The translations under genes were made by a program, and so were the position numbers. A stretch of 64,000 nt of DNA from Candidatus Cloacimonadota bacterium (GTDB lineage Bacteria; Cloacimonadota; Cloacimonadia; G963667145), in NCBI GenBank assembly GCA_963676615.1, contig OY781092.1, positions 288,001-352,000 on the forward strand, in the 5' to 3' direction. The notes below the pieces were generated by a model. The model saw only the letters and a program-made list of their open reading frames with translations. It searched no databases and was not told the DNA's origin. Below, piece after piece: positions 1 to 10,396 of this stretch (position 1 is its first letter; every line of letters starts with the position of its first letter).

Positions 1-277
1 TTTAAAAAAAAGCAAGAAAATCTTCTTATACGAAACCCAAAGAGAGCGTTTGGTGCTTTTTCACGCAAAGTTTTTTTTGGGATTTTTGTAATCATTTTGC
101 GAATGCAGGACTCCAGATACTTCTTGCTTTGCCCCAAAAATTTAAATCCTATTTGATAATGGTTGACAAAGCGAGGTAAATAGTTGCTTTGCCTCAAGTT
201 GAATGTTAGGTTTCGGAAATATAGAGGATTTGTTGGGAAATTAAAATTTGAGGATAGTTGAAGTAGGTAGTGTAGTA

Positions 278-2320
278 ATGATATTAGAAATAGTTAGGTC
301 TTTCATAAAGATTTTAAATTTCTTTCTTTTGGTTTTGTGCTTATTTGCTTGCGAAGTTTCTAATCAAACAAGTGATATTAGCAATGTTGGCGTCATTATG
401 TCTGGTTTCCCTGCGTCTGTAAAACTGGGGGAAGAGTTTACGGCTAAGATTACTTTTGAGAATCCAGAGGAAGTGGAGTATAGTGTGAAATACACTTTTT
501 CGTTTAATATGGATTTTGTTAATTTTGACAATTCCACAGACGATTTAGGCTATTTAGATTCTGATATTTGTGGGATGTTTGTAAAACTCGGCGAGTATAA
601 CGAGGCGATTATTCCTTTTAGCGAAAAGAAAAGGTCTTACACCTCTACGGAAAAGTTTGTGTCAAATATTGGTGGTTCTGCTACTTGGACGGTCGTTGTT
701 AGCTTCAAGGATGTAACAAAAACATTTTCTAAAACAGTAAATGTTATTTCAAATTACAAACCGCAAAGCTTTGTTGCGTTTAATGATTTGGGGAATAAAC
801 AGGCTCAGATCGACTATTCGCTATGTTCAGCAGATAATAAAGAAAATGTTTATGATGACTATATTTCTAAGATTGAGAGCAAAATAGTGAGTGAGTTTAG
901 CGAAGATACACTTTGTTTTGTCTATGATTTCGAGGAGAATTCGCCAGCTGACGATTTTGTAAAAATTTACGATTTGCCGCATTACGGAAAATATGATATT
1001 TATGTAAAATGTTATGACAAATTTGGCAACGATGGGGCTGTAAAAAAAATAACAGAGTCTTTGGCGGCACCCTCACCCAATATTGCGTATGCGATTAAGG
1101 TTGATGGTCAGAGTATGCAAGAAATAGATTGCATTTTGCCGTGTGATGTGGAGATCGATTTGACTGGTTCTGCTTCTCAAAGAGAAAATATTGGACTTGT
1201 ATATTTCGTCGATGGTGTGCAAGTTGTTGACGGTAAATATTCGACAAGGTTGACCGAAGAGAATTACAAAGATTTTGAAAAATTTGTTTTGAGAGTGAAA
1301 GACGATGTGCTCGATGGCGCTTCTTCGGAAATTTCTGTGAATGTTAATTGCAGGACAGCTAATGCTCCAGAGATTGATGTTGTCGCAAAAAATTTGTCAC
1401 ATTATTATAAGCCTGTAATTGCGGATGGGGGGAGTGCAGATTTAGGAGATAGTATTGAGTTTTCTTGTTCTGTTCTTTTTGATGAGACAACGCAACAAAA
1501 ACTGCGGTGGTCTTACTATGATGGATCTTTCCCTGTGTTTGTTGACGAAAATAAATTCACTTATATCTGTTCTGATGACGGCGAGCAAACCATCAATCTT
1601 TATGTTGAGGATAGCAAGGGAAATTTCACGACCAAAACTTTCATTTTCAATGTGCAGGCTCACCAGCTCGATGTGAAAACAAAATATAATAGCACATACG
1701 AGCGAATGCGCACAGAGGTTGAGTTTGTGAATGAGCAGACAAGAACATATGGCAGTTTAGTTTATTATAGTGGGTCAACTGCAAATGGCTGGGAAACTCA
1801 AAAATATATAGACCTTTCAGTTAATCCTTATGATTTTTATATTTATAGATATGACGCTTTGGCAAAAGTTAATGTAGCGAATATTAAATTTAAGTTGAAA
1901 GGAGTTGAGCCTGTTGATCCGATAAAGCATAACCCTATTTATGTTACTTACAAACTTTGTAAAACCTCTAACAGCTCCACAAGAATTAGCGAGTCTACTT
2001 ATGAGGTTTTACAAACAAAAACAACTAGTGGAGAAAACTGGGACGAATGTAGCTTTGTGGTAGAAAAAACCAGCACGCCTTATTGGGTTGAAAATCAAAA
2101 AGGCAGTGGTTGGTTATTGGAGCCTGAGTCTGATGAATTTTATGTGGTGATTGCCGAAGTTTATTGTGAAAAGTATAAAGATTATATCTATTCCACAAAA
2201 TATTTAACAAATTTAAACAATCGCGACGAAGAGATAGCAGAAGTTGGTGGGAATTGGGGAATATTTGTGACACATAGTTTAAAGTATTTAAACGAAAATG
2301 ACAATTCTGGAAGAAAGTAA
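278..2320 (+). CDS. Putative lipoprotein with Ig/PKD-like beta repeats
   Basis: Long ORF; ATG at 278; hydrophobic N-terminus ending in lipobox-like LFAC; PKD-like segments (e.g. QTINLYVEDSKG). Confidence 0.55.
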   Translation: MILEIVRSFIKILNFFLLVLCLFACEVSNQTSDISNVGVIMSGFPASVKLGEEFTAKITFENPEEVEYSVKYTFSFNMDFVNFDNSTDDLGYLDSDICGMFVKLGEYNEAIIPFSEKKRSYTSTEKFVSNIGGSATWTVVVSFKDVTKTFSKTVNVISNYKPQSFVAFNDLGNKQAQIDYSLCSADNKENVYDDYISKIESKIVSEFSEDTLCFVYDFEENSPADDFVKIYDLPHYGKYDIYVKCYDKFGNDGAVKKITESLAAPSPNIAYAIKVDGQSMQEIDCILPCDVEIDLTGSASQRENIGLVYFVDGVQVVDGKYSTRLTEENYKDFEKFVLRVKDDVLDGASSEISVNVNCRTANAPEIDVVAKNLSHYYKPVIADGGSADLGDSIEFSCSVLFDETTQQKLRWSYYDGSFPVFVDENKFTYICSDDGEQTINLYVEDSKGNFTTKTFIFNVQAHQLDVKTKYNSTYERMRTEVEFVNEQTRTYGSLVYYSGSTANGWETQKYIDLSVNPYDFYIYRYDALAKVNVANIKFKLKGVEPVDPIKHNPIYVTYKLCKTSNSSTRISESTYEVLQTKTTSGENWDECSFVVEKTSTPYWVENQKGSGWLLEPESDEFYVVIAEVYCEKYKDYIYSTKYLTNLNNRDEEIAEVGGNWGIFVTHSLKYLNENDNSGRK

Positions 2321-2395
2321 GGAGAAAATAGAAATGAAAATGTTTTGTTTCGCAACGGAACTTAAGCTTAGTTAAATTGAAAAATATAAGCAAGT

Positions 2396-2740
2396 TTGAC
2401 CGTGATGGGAAAGGAAAATATTTGCTCCGTTGTTTTGGATAAAATGGAGGAGATAAGAGATATTTGTAGAAAGGCTTTTATGAGGAAAGTTTATTTGGTT
2501 GGTTCTGCTGCTAATGGAAATTTTACACCTAAAAGCGATATTGATTTTTTGTATTACTTTGATGAAGAAAACAAAGATTTTGATGACTTAAAAGCTTACG
2601 AATATATTCTTTATTTTGTTGATAGTATGAAAAAAATATACAAAAATCGTTCTATTGATGTTATTCCTGGGGATTATATCATCAACGATGTTTTGAAAGA
2701 AAATCTAAAAAAGACTAGAGTTTTGATTTATGAAAAGTAA
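2396..2740 (+). CDS. Minimal nucleotidyltransferase (MntA-like antitoxin)
   Basis: VYLVGSAANG...SDIDFL (GS-x10-DxD) motif; about 110 aa. Confidence 0.8.
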   Translation: MTVMGKENICSVVLDKMEEIRDICRKAFMRKVYLVGSAANGNFTPKSDIDFLYYFDEENKDFDDLKAYEYILYFVDSMKKIYKNRSIDVIPGDYIINDVLKENLKKTRVLIYEK

Positions 2741-2990
2741 TATTATTAAAACTAAGCTAAAAGATATATTAAATTTGGTTTGAACAAGGAGCTTTATAAT
2801 GAAATCGAAAACTACGACAGATTCTCAAGACCATATTGGGAAGCAGTTCTTAAAAGATATGGAGAAGGTCTTTTCTCTAATGAGTGAAATATTTAATTTC
2901 AAAGAAAGAAAGGAAAAGCAATCAGAGATATTACAACCAACAACGCTGGAATTTTTGAAGAGTTCAAAAGCGGGGAAGAAAAATTTGTAA
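2730..2990 (+). pseudogene. Possible decayed HEPN partner of the MNT
   Basis: ATG at 2730 overlaps the MNT end and stops after 17 codons; only fragmentary frames follow; no RxxxxH seen. Confidence 0.25.
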
Positions 2991-3086
2991 ATAACCTTTT
3001 TAAGCAAAAAAAATCAAAAAATATTGGACACTATCGACTTGCCCTCAAATTTGCAACTTAAAGAAGAAATATTTGGAAGGTTTATT

Positions 3087-4520
3087 ATGTCTGAAAACAA
3101 CGCAACGCAGGAGTTCTCGAAGCTTTTTGAGGAGTCGCAAAAAGAGCTGGTGAGCTATAAGAGGGGAGACCAAGTCTCTGGCGAGATTATCAAAATTTCG
3201 GGCGGCAGCATCGTTTTGTCGCTCAAAGCAAGGCAAGACGCTTTTGCGGATATCATCGAATATCAAAACAAAAAGGGCGTGCTGGAGTATAAAGTCGGCG
3301 ACATTATCGAGGGTTTTGTGCTGCGAGTGGACGAAAATGTAATCGAAATCGGCAAGGCGCTCAGCAGCGATCACGCGGCAAATATGAAGCTGGAAGAAGC
3401 CAAACAGGCGGATATCCCTGTGCAAGGCAAAGTGCTCAAAGCCGTCAAAGGCGGATTTTTGGTCTCGGCAATGGGCAAAACGGGATTTTGTCCGTACTCA
3501 CATCTGTCGCTTTCTCGCATCGAGAACGAGGACGCTTTCATTGGTAAATCTTTCGAATTTGAGATAATTAAACTTGAAAACGGCGGCAAAGATTTCGTGC
3601 TATCTCGCAAAGGGCTTTTGCTCAAAGAGGCGAAGGCGAAAAAAGAGGAAGCGCTAAAGAAATTGAGCGTCGGCGCTGTGGTAAAAGGCAAAGTCGAGAG
3701 CATCAAAAATTATGCGGCGTTCCTCGACCTTGGCGGAATCAGCGGATTTTTGCACATCAGCAATCTAGCTTGGGGTAAAGTTTCGCATCCGTCCAAAATG
3801 CTGAAAGTTGGCGATACCGTCGAAGTTAAGGTGATGAAAATCGATGGCGACAAAATCGATTTGAGTATCAAAGATTTGACGGTCGATCCGATGCAGGAGG
3901 CTGTGGAAAAATACAAAGAGGGCGATGTCGTAACTTGCAAAGTTGTGCAAAATATGCAGTTTGGCTCTTTTGTCGAGCTTAGCCAAGGCGTGCAAGGCCT
4001 TATTCCAATCTCGGAACTTTCGTGGGGCAAGCGAATCAAGAAAGCGGACGAGGTGCTGTCTGTGGGCGATGTCGTCGATGCGCAGGTGATGAATGTGGAC
4101 AAAGACAAGCGCAAGATTTCGCTGTCTTTCAAAAACTTGAAGGAAAATCCTTGGCAAAAAGTTGACGAGGTGGCAACAGAGGGCGAGCCAGTGAAAGGCG
4201 TTATCGAGGGCGTGAGCAAATTCGGCGTTTTCGTGGAGATTGTCGAGGGCATCACCGGGCTTTTGCCAAACGACAAGATGAGAGCCGCCAAAATTTTGTA
4301 TGACGAGAACGATATCGGCAAAGAGGTGACCCTGAAAGTGGCGAGCATCGACAAGGTGAAGCGGAAGTTGTCGCTGGATCCTGTGAAGCTGCCAAAAGGG
4401 TATTACATCCAAAAGGAAAAAGCCAATAGCGACAAAGGCTCGGCGAAAGATTGGCAAAAATACGCCAAGTCGTCGGTCGCTCCAGAGGAAGATCCTGACA
4501 GCCCGTTTGCGGGATTATAA
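3087..4520 (+). CDS. rpsA: 30S ribosomal protein S1
   Basis: Tandem S1 domains (GFLHISNLAW, GLIPISELSW); ATG at 3087 preferred over upstream TTG. Confidence 0.9.
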   Translation: MSENNATQEFSKLFEESQKELVSYKRGDQVSGEIIKISGGSIVLSLKARQDAFADIIEYQNKKGVLEYKVGDIIEGFVLRVDENVIEIGKALSSDHAANMKLEEAKQADIPVQGKVLKAVKGGFLVSAMGKTGFCPYSHLSLSRIENEDAFIGKSFEFEIIKLENGGKDFVLSRKGLLLKEAKAKKEEALKKLSVGAVVKGKVESIKNYAAFLDLGGISGFLHISNLAWGKVSHPSKMLKVGDTVEVKVMKIDGDKIDLSIKDLTVDPMQEAVEKYKEGDVVTCKVVQNMQFGSFVELSQGVQGLIPISELSWGKRIKKADEVLSVGDVVDAQVMNVDKDKRKISLSFKNLKENPWQKVDEVATEGEPVKGVIEGVSKFGVFVEIVEGITGLLPNDKMRAAKILYDENDIGKEVTLKVASIDKVKRKLSLDPVKLPKGYYIQKEKANSDKGSAKDWQKYAKSSVAPEEDPDSPFAGL

Positions 4521-5340
4521 AAAAAATAGTCCGTTGAAAAAAAAAGGCGTTTTGTCTTTGGTGGCGACACCAATTGGAAATTTGCAGGACATTTCGTTTC
4601 GTGCGGTGCAGACCCTCAAAGACGCCGATTTTATTTTGGCGGAAGACACGAGAGTTACGGGAAAACTGCTGGCGGCGTATGAGATTGCGACCAAGATGAA
4701 GCGGTATCATAAATTTAATATGAAGAGGCAGAGCGACGATGTTCTGTCTCTTTTGGATTCTGGAGCGCATCTGGCGCTGGTGTCCGACGCTGGCACTCCG
4801 GGTGTTAGCGACCCGGGCGAAGAGCTGGTGAAGTTGGCTGTGCAAAATGGGCATAAGGTCGAGCCGATTCCGGGAGCGTGCGCCCTGATTGCCGCGCTGG
4901 TGGCTAGCGGTTTGTCCACCAAAGGTTTTTACTTTGCGGGATTTTGCACGAAGTTCGAAAAAGAGTTGCTGACGGTTTCTGTGCCGCTGATTTTTTATGA
5001 AGCTCCGCATCGCATCGAAAAATTTCTGCAAAAACTGCTCGATTTTTTTGGAGACCGCAAAGTCGTTGTTGCGCGGGAGATTACCAAACTACACGAAACT
5101 TTTTATCGGGGGATGTTGTCCGAATTTACACAAGGCGCGCAAACGCTGACGATTAAGGGCGAGTTTGTCGTCGTTTTGGATGGTTGCCCGCTAGAAAAAT
5201 CGACTAGCGACGAGGAGATTTTGCAAAAATTGCGAGAAAAAATTAGTGCGGGCTTGTCCAAAAAAGAGGCGGTGAAACAGGTTTGTGCGGAACTCTCCGA
5301 AAAAAAAAATCGGGTTTATTTGCTAAGTTTGCAAGCGTAG
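4507..5340 (+). CDS. rsmI: 16S rRNA C1402 2'-O-methyltransferase
   Basis: LVATPIGNL, AEDTR, SDAGTPGVSDPG, YEAPHR, REITKLHE motifs. Confidence 0.95.
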   Translation: MRDYKKNSPLKKKGVLSLVATPIGNLQDISFRAVQTLKDADFILAEDTRVTGKLLAAYEIATKMKRYHKFNMKRQSDDVLSLLDSGAHLALVSDAGTPGVSDPGEELVKLAVQNGHKVEPIPGACALIAALVASGLSTKGFYFAGFCTKFEKELLTVSVPLIFYEAPHRIEKFLQKLLDFFGDRKVVVAREITKLHETFYRGMLSEFTQGAQTLTIKGEFVVVLDGCPLEKSTSDEEILQKLREKISAGLSKKEAVKQVCAELSEKKNRVYLLSLQA

Positions 5341-5473
5341 ATTACAGCGTTTTTGCGGTAGATTTTGACGATTTCAAGTTTCTTTGTCTCAAAGAGAAAA
5401 AAAGATTTGACAGCGAAACAGCCGAATATTTTTTAGACCAGAATTGATAATTAATAGATGTGAAAGATTAGAT

Positions 5474-5558
5474 GGAGGATTAGTCTAATTGGTAAGGCAG
5501 CGGTCTTGAAAACCGCCGGGTTATGCCCTTGAGAGTTCGAGTCCCTCATCCTCCGCCA
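5474..5558 (+). tRNA. tRNA-Ser(TGA)
   Basis: Cloverleaf with variable arm, anticodon loop CT-TGA-AA, encoded CCA. Confidence 0.93.
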
Positions 5559-5584
5559 TTTTTTTTAATGGATTGTAGAGTTGT

Positions 5585-5674
5585 GGAGAGATGACCGAGC
5601 GGCTTAAGGTGCACGCCTGCTAAGCGTGTGTAGGTTCACCCCTACCGAGGGTTCAAATCCCTCTCTCTCCGCCA
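5585..5674 (+). tRNA. tRNA-Ser(GCT)
   Basis: GGAGAGA acceptor stem, anticodon GCT, long variable arm, CCA. Confidence 0.95.
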
Positions 5675-5705
5675 TTTAATCGACCAATAAAGATTTTTTG
5701 GAAGT

Positions 5706-5780
5706 TGGGCCGTCGTCAAGCGGTAAGACACATGGTTTTGGTCCATGCATTCGAGGGTTCGAATCCTTCCGGCCCAACCA
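5706..5780 (+). tRNA. tRNA-Gln(TTG)
   Basis: TGGGCCG/CGGCCCA acceptor stem, anticodon TTG, CCA. Confidence 0.95.
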
Positions 5781-5805
5781 TTATAAAAATATTACCTCCT
5801 TTATT

Positions 5806-5881
5806 GGCGGGATAGCTCAGTTGGTAGAGCAGAGGCCTGAAAAGCCTTGTGTCCCCAGTTCAAGTCTGGGTCCTGCCACCA
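5806..5881 (+). tRNA. tRNA-Phe(GAA)
   Basis: Cloverleaf, anticodon GAA, CCA. Confidence 0.95.
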
Positions 5882-5942
5882 TTTTTGCCACCTTTTAATT
5901 AAGGTGGCATACTTTTTTTTGAGGTCTATTAGTTATCAATTT

Positions 5943-6018
5943 GCCAATGTAGCTCAGTTGGTAGAGCAGCTGATTTGTAATCAGCTGGTCGGGGGTTCGA
6001 GTCCTCTCATTGGCTCCA
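5943..6018 (+). tRNA. tRNA-Thr(TGT)
   Basis: Cloverleaf, anticodon TGT, CCA. Confidence 0.95.
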
Positions 6019-6042
6019 TTTTTGGAAATTATAATAAAGAGT

Positions 6043-6127
6043 GGTGGGGTTCCCGAGCGGTCAAAGGGAACAGACTGTAAATCTGTCGGCGAAGCCTTCG
6101 AAGGTTCGAATCCTTCCCCCACCACCA
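6043..6127 (+). tRNA. tRNA-Tyr(GTA)
   Basis: Anticodon GTA, variable arm, CCA; canonical Thr-Tyr-Gly-Thr-tuf context. Confidence 0.95.
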
Positions 6128-6167
6128 TTATTTTTTTGATATCGGATTTATTGCTTTTTTTTATAGA

Positions 6168-6244
6168 GCGGGAGTAGCTCAGCTGGCTAGAGCATTAGCC
6201 TTCCAAGCTAAGGGTCGCGAGTTCGAATCTCGTCTTCCGCTCCA
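6168..6244 (+). tRNA. tRNA-Gly(TCC)
   Basis: Cloverleaf, anticodon TCC, CCA. Confidence 0.95.
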
Positions 6245-6295
6245 TTTTTTTTGAAAGTAGAATGTATTGCAAGACGATACAAATGAGTAAGGTAG

Positions 6296-6370
<75 letters not shown>

Positions 6371-6421
6371 TTTTTGGAAAAATAAATAAAATTTGAGACA
6401 TTTTTTTGTTAAGGAGGACGA

Positions 6422-7606
6422 ATGGCAAAGGAAAAGTTTGTCAGAACCAAACCGCATGTAAATGTAGGAACAATTGGTCATGTTGACCACGGAAAAACGA
6501 CGCTAACGGCTGCAATCACCAAGGTGCTTGCTGAAAAAGGGCAAGCCCAATACTCGGATTTCGGCTCGATCGACAACGCTCCAGAGGAGAGGGAAAGAGG
6601 TATCACTATCTCGACTGCCCATGTGGAATATGAGTCAGCCGCAAGGCACTACGCCCATGTGGACTGCCCTGGTCACGCCGATTATGTAAAAAATATGATC
6701 ACTGGTGCTGCGCAAATGGACGGAGCGATTTTGGTGGTTTCTGCAGCTGATGGTCCAATGCCCCAAACTCGTGAGCACATTTTGTTGGCTTACCAAGTTG
6801 GTGTGCCTGCGATGGTGGTTTTTCTTAACAAATGCGACCTTGTTGACGATGCCGAGCTTTTGGAACTCGTGGAGATGGAAGTCAGAGAGCTTCTTTCGTC
6901 ATACGGTTTCCCAGGCGACGACATTCCGTTCGTGCAAGGATCTGCGCTCAAAGCTCTTGAGGGCGACGCCGAGGGTGTTGCCGCAATCGAGAAGCTCGTT
7001 GAAACTTTGGATAGCTACATCCCAGAGCCAGTTCGCGAAATCGACAAGCCTTTTTTGATGCCAGTTGAGGATGTTTTCTCGATTTCTGGTCGTGGAACTG
7101 TGGCTACAGGTCGTGTCGAGACAGGCAAATTGCAAGTGAACGACAAGCTCGAGAGAGTCGGCATCAGAGAGACAATCGAGGTTGTCTGCACAGGTGTTGA
7201 GATGTTCCGCAAAATTTTGGACAGCGCTGAGGCTGGCGACAATGTCGGCGTGCTTTTGCGTGGTATCAAAAAAGACGAAATCGAAAGAGGAATGGTCTTG
7301 GCTGCTCCAAAAAGCATCACTCCGCACACCAAATTCGTTGGCGAAGTTTATGTGCTCAAAGCCGATGAGGGCGGTCGTCACAAGCCTTTCTTCTCTGGTT
7401 ATCGTCCACAATTCTACTTCAGAACCACCGATGTTACCGGAACTCTCACCTTGCCAGAAGGCGTGGAGATGGTTATGCCAGGCGACAATGTGAAAATCAA
7501 AGGCGAGTTGATCGTGCCGATTGCTATGGACAAAGGTCTTCGTTTTGCTATCCGCGAGGGCGGCAGAACTATCGGTGCTGGCGTGATTGCCGAGATCGAA
7601 GCGTAA
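6422..7606 (+). CDS. tuf: Elongation factor Tu
   Basis: [21 protein letters not shown] motifs; AAGGAGG RBS. Confidence 0.99.
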   Translation: MAKEKFVRTKPHVNVGTIGHVDHGKTTLTAAITKVLAEKGQAQYSDFGSIDNAPEERERGITISTAHVEYESAARHYAHVDCPGHADYVKNMITGAAQMDGAILVVSAADGPMPQTREHILLAYQVGVPAMVVFLNKCDLVDDAELLELVEMEVRELLSSYGFPGDDIPFVQGSALKALEGDAEGVAAIEKLVETLDSYIPEPVREIDKPFLMPVEDVFSISGRGTVATGRVETGKLQVNDKLERVGIRETIEVVCTGVEMFRKILDSAEAGDNVGVLLRGIKKDEIERGMVLAAPKSITPHTKFVGEVYVLKADEGGRHKPFFSGYRPQFYFRTTDVTGTLTLPEGVEMVMPGDNVKIKGELIVPIAMDKGLRFAIREGGRTIGAGVIAEIEA

Positions 7607-7646
7607 AGAAATATTAACAAGTTATAAACTGTTTGGAAGTGATTAG

Positions 7647-7805
7647 ATGAGAGATATTATTGTGTTAGAGTGCAGCGAGTGCAAGAGTAGAAACTATTCG
7701 TTGACCAAAAACAAGAGGTTGCATCCTGAAAAAGTGGAGTACAAAAAATATTGCCCAAAATGCAGGAAGCACCATATGCACAAACAGGTAAACAAGATTA
7801 AGTAA
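7647..7805 (+). CDS. rpmG: 50S ribosomal protein L33 (Zn-binding form)
   Basis: Hand-translated 52 aa MRDIIVLECSECKSRNY...KKYCPKCRKH; below the ORF-track length cut-off. Confidence 0.95.
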   Translation: MRDIIVLECSECKSRNYSLTKNKRLHPEKVEYKKYCPKCRKHHMHKQVNKIK

Positions 7806-7814
7806 TAAAATTGT

Positions 7815-7890
7815 AGGACAGTGGCTCAATTGGTAGAGCATCGGTCTCCAAAACCGAGGGTTGCGGGTTCAAGTCCTGCCTGTCCTGCCA
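7815..7890 (+). tRNA. tRNA-Trp(CCA)
   Basis: Cloverleaf, anticodon CCA; usual position before secE. Confidence 0.95.
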
Positions 7891-7909
7891 TTTATTTTTA
7901 GGATTTAGA

Positions 7910-8089
7910 ATGAAGAAACTTTTTGGTTTTTTTAAGAATGTGAGAAGAGAGCTGAAGCTTGTCGATTGGCCTAGTTTTGAGCAAGTGCGAGAGAGCACTG
8001 TCGTCGTGATGGTTGTTTCTGCTTTTATCGCCGCTTTTTTGACTGTGGTTGATGTGGTTTTCAACACAGTTGTAAAATATTTGATGTGA
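7910..8089 (+). CDS. secE: Preprotein translocase subunit SecE
   Basis: Hand-translated 59 aa with ELKLVDWPS plus one TM helix; upstream of nusG. Confidence 0.92.
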   Translation: MKKLFGFFKNVRRELKLVDWPSFEQVRESTVVVMVVSAFIAAFLTVVDVVFNTVVKYLM

Positions 8090-8099
8090 GTTGGTTAGG

Positions 8100-8633
8100 A
8101 TGAAGTGGTATGTAGTGCATGTTTTCGCTGGTTACGAGTTTCGCATCAAAGAGATTATCGAGAAAGGTATCGTCGGCAAATCTTATGAAAAAGATTTGGG
8201 GCAGATTTTGATACCGACTCAATCGACTTATCACATTCGCGGTGGTAAGAAGATCGAAAGAGAGCGGAAAATTTTTAGTAACTATATCATTTTGGAGGCA
8301 GAGTTGTCGCCAGAGTTATACAGTTATGTTCTTCGTGTGGATGGAGTTACCAAGTTTTTGGGCACAGGCAAGAAGCCTTTGCCGCTATCAAAGACGGAAG
8401 TGGCTCGGATGCTTGGCGAAGAAGAGGTTGGAAAAGAGGAAGAGAAAACGCTGGTTGAGTGCAATTTCAGCGTAGGAGATACAGTAAGGGTTATTTCGGG
8501 CGCTTTTGTGGATTTCAATGGCGAGGTAACCAGATTGTCTGCGGAGGAGAACAAAGTCGTTGTGAATGTTACCGTTTTCGGGCGTGTTACTTCTGTGGAT
8601 CTAAAAATTGATCAAGTAGAAAAAATTAAGTAG
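8100..8633 (+). CDS. nusG: Transcription antitermination factor NusG
   Basis: MKWYVVHVFAGYE N-terminus; KOW motif; VFGRVT. Confidence 0.97.
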   Translation: MKWYVVHVFAGYEFRIKEIIEKGIVGKSYEKDLGQILIPTQSTYHIRGGKKIERERKIFSNYIILEAELSPELYSYVLRVDGVTKFLGTGKKPLPLSKTEVARMLGEEEVGKEEEKTLVECNFSVGDTVRVISGAFVDFNGEVTRLSAEENKVVVNVTVFGRVTSVDLKIDQVEKIK

Positions 8634-8645
8634 AGGGTATGATAT

Positions 8646-9077
8646 ATGGCTGCACCAAAAACTTTTGAGACTTCTGTAAAATTGCAATTGCCAGCTGGAG
8701 CTGCTACGCCTGCTCCTCCTGTGGGTCCTGCTTTGGGACAAGCTGGAATAAATATTGCAGATTTCTGTAAACAATTTAACGATAGGACAAAAGACGATAA
8801 AGGGATGATTTTCCCCGTCGTTATCTATGTCCAAAAAAACAAATCTTTCACTTTTGATATCAAAACTCCGCCAGCTGCGGTGCTTATCAAAAAAGAAATT
8901 GGCATCGCCAAAGGTTCTGGCACTCCCAACAAAGAAAAAGTGGGAAGCATTAACAGAGCGCAACTGGAAAAAATTGCCAAAGCCAAAATGGAAGATTTGA
9001 ACGCTTTTAATTTAGATGCTGCTGTGAACATAATTGCTGGTACTGCAAGATCTATGGGTGTGACGGTCGAAGACTAA
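8646..9077 (+). CDS. rplK: 50S ribosomal protein L11
   Basis: [20 protein letters not shown]. Confidence 0.99.
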   Translation: MAAPKTFETSVKLQLPAGAATPAPPVGPALGQAGINIADFCKQFNDRTKDDKGMIFPVVIYVQKNKSFTFDIKTPPAAVLIKKEIGIAKGSGTPNKEKVGSINRAQLEKIAKAKMEDLNAFNLDAAVNIIAGTARSMGVTVED

Positions 9078-9096
9078 ACGCCTATAATTCCAGAAC

Positions 9097-9122
9097 TTGC
9101 AGGAGATTGTGTATTCACTGGG
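9097..9122 (+). promoter_or_regulatory. Possible L1 autoregulatory site in the rplK-rplA spacer
   Basis: GCAGGAG...CACTG resembles the GGAG-containing L1-binding helix; lies just upstream of the rplA RBS. Confidence 0.35.
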
Positions 9123-9135
9123 GAGAGACAAATAG

Positions 9136-9843
9136 ATGAAAAGAAGTAAAAAATATTTAGACTCTTTGCAAAAATTTAACAAAGAAGAGAGCTACGAGTT
9201 GAATCAAGCGCTTTCTTTTTTGGAAGGTTTTAGCAAAGCTAAATATGACGAAACCGTGGAATTGCATTGCCACTTGGGGGTTGACCCGAGGAAAGCCGAT
9301 CAACAGATTCGGTCTTCTTTGGTGTTGCCTAACGGATCGGGCAAGTCTGTGAGCGTTTTGGTTATTGCCGATGGGCAAGACGCCGAAGACGCTAAGGCTG
9401 CTGGAGCTGACTTTGTGGGAGTCGAGGATATGGTGGAGAAGATTGAGAAAGAGAACTGGACAGGCTTTGATGTGGCGATTGCCACGCCTGCGATGATGAG
9501 CAAGCTGGGAAGAGTTGCCAAAATTTTGGGACCAAGAGGGCTGATGCCGAACCCAAAAGTTGGAACTGTGACCAAAGATGTTGCTACCGCCGTGAAAGAG
9601 GTGAAAGGTGGCAGAATCGAGTATCGCACCGACAAATTGGCGAATTTGCACTTCATCGTTGGCAAGCGGAGCTTTTCTAGCGACAAGTTGCAAGAGAACA
9701 TTATGGCGTGTGTGAGCGCTGTGCTCAAAGACAAACCGCAATCGCTAAAAGGCGAGTATGTCAAGTCGATGAGTATCTGCTCAACCATTAGCCCAGGCGT
9801 GAAGCTGGATGTTCGTGCAGTAATGGCGCAGGCGAGTAAGTAG
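9136..9843 (+). CDS. rplA: 50S ribosomal protein L1
   Basis: LGVDPRKADQ; LGPRGLMPNPKVGTV. Confidence 0.99.
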   Translation: MKRSKKYLDSLQKFNKEESYELNQALSFLEGFSKAKYDETVELHCHLGVDPRKADQQIRSSLVLPNGSGKSVSVLVIADGQDAEDAKAAGADFVGVEDMVEKIEKENWTGFDVAIATPAMMSKLGRVAKILGPRGLMPNPKVGTVTKDVATAVKEVKGGRIEYRTDKLANLHFIVGKRSFSSDKLQENIMACVSAVLKDKPQSLKGEYVKSMSICSTISPGVKLDVRAVMAQASK

Positions 9844-9856
9844 GAGGCGATTTAAG

Positions 9857-10375
9857 ATGCAAGAGTTTAAAAAAGATGTTGTGAAAAAAATCGCCGACAG
9901 ACTTTCTGATGCAAAATCGATAGTTTTGGTAAACTACAAGGGGATTAACATTCCCGAAGTGGAAGATTTGCGAAAGAGATTGCGTAAGGCGGAAGTTGAC
10001 TATTTTGTTGCCAAAAACACATTTATCAAGCACGCACTGAAGATGGTGAATGTCGAAGGTTTGGACGATTTTTTGAATCAAGAGACGGCTGTGGCTGTGT
10101 CCAAAATCGACGAAGTTGCTCCAGCGAAAGTGATTAGAGAGTTTGTCAAAGATGTGATGGGCAAAAAAGATTTTAACTTTAAAGCTGGTGTGGTTGATGG
10201 AGTTTTCACTTCTGTAGAAGAGCTGGAAAAACTTGCCAAGTTGCCGTCGAAAGACGAACTTTTGGCGAAAATTCTTTCGAGTATGAACGCGCCGATTTCC
10301 AACTTTGTTAATGTTAATAGTCAAATCATTAAAAAATTCATTTATGCTATAAAAGCTATAGCGGAAAAAAAGTAA
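9857..10375 (+). CDS. rplJ: 50S ribosomal protein L10
   Basis: VAKNT; LAKLPSKDELLA; operon context. Confidence 0.97.
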   Translation: MQEFKKDVVKKIADRLSDAKSIVLVNYKGINIPEVEDLRKRLRKAEVDYFVAKNTFIKHALKMVNVEGLDDFLNQETAVAVSKIDEVAPAKVIREFVKDVMGKKDFNFKAGVVDGVFTSVEELEKLAKLPSKDELLAKILSSMNAPISNFVNVNSQIIKKFIYAIKAIAEKK

Positions 10376-10396
10376 AAAGTTTGAGTGGAGGATAAA

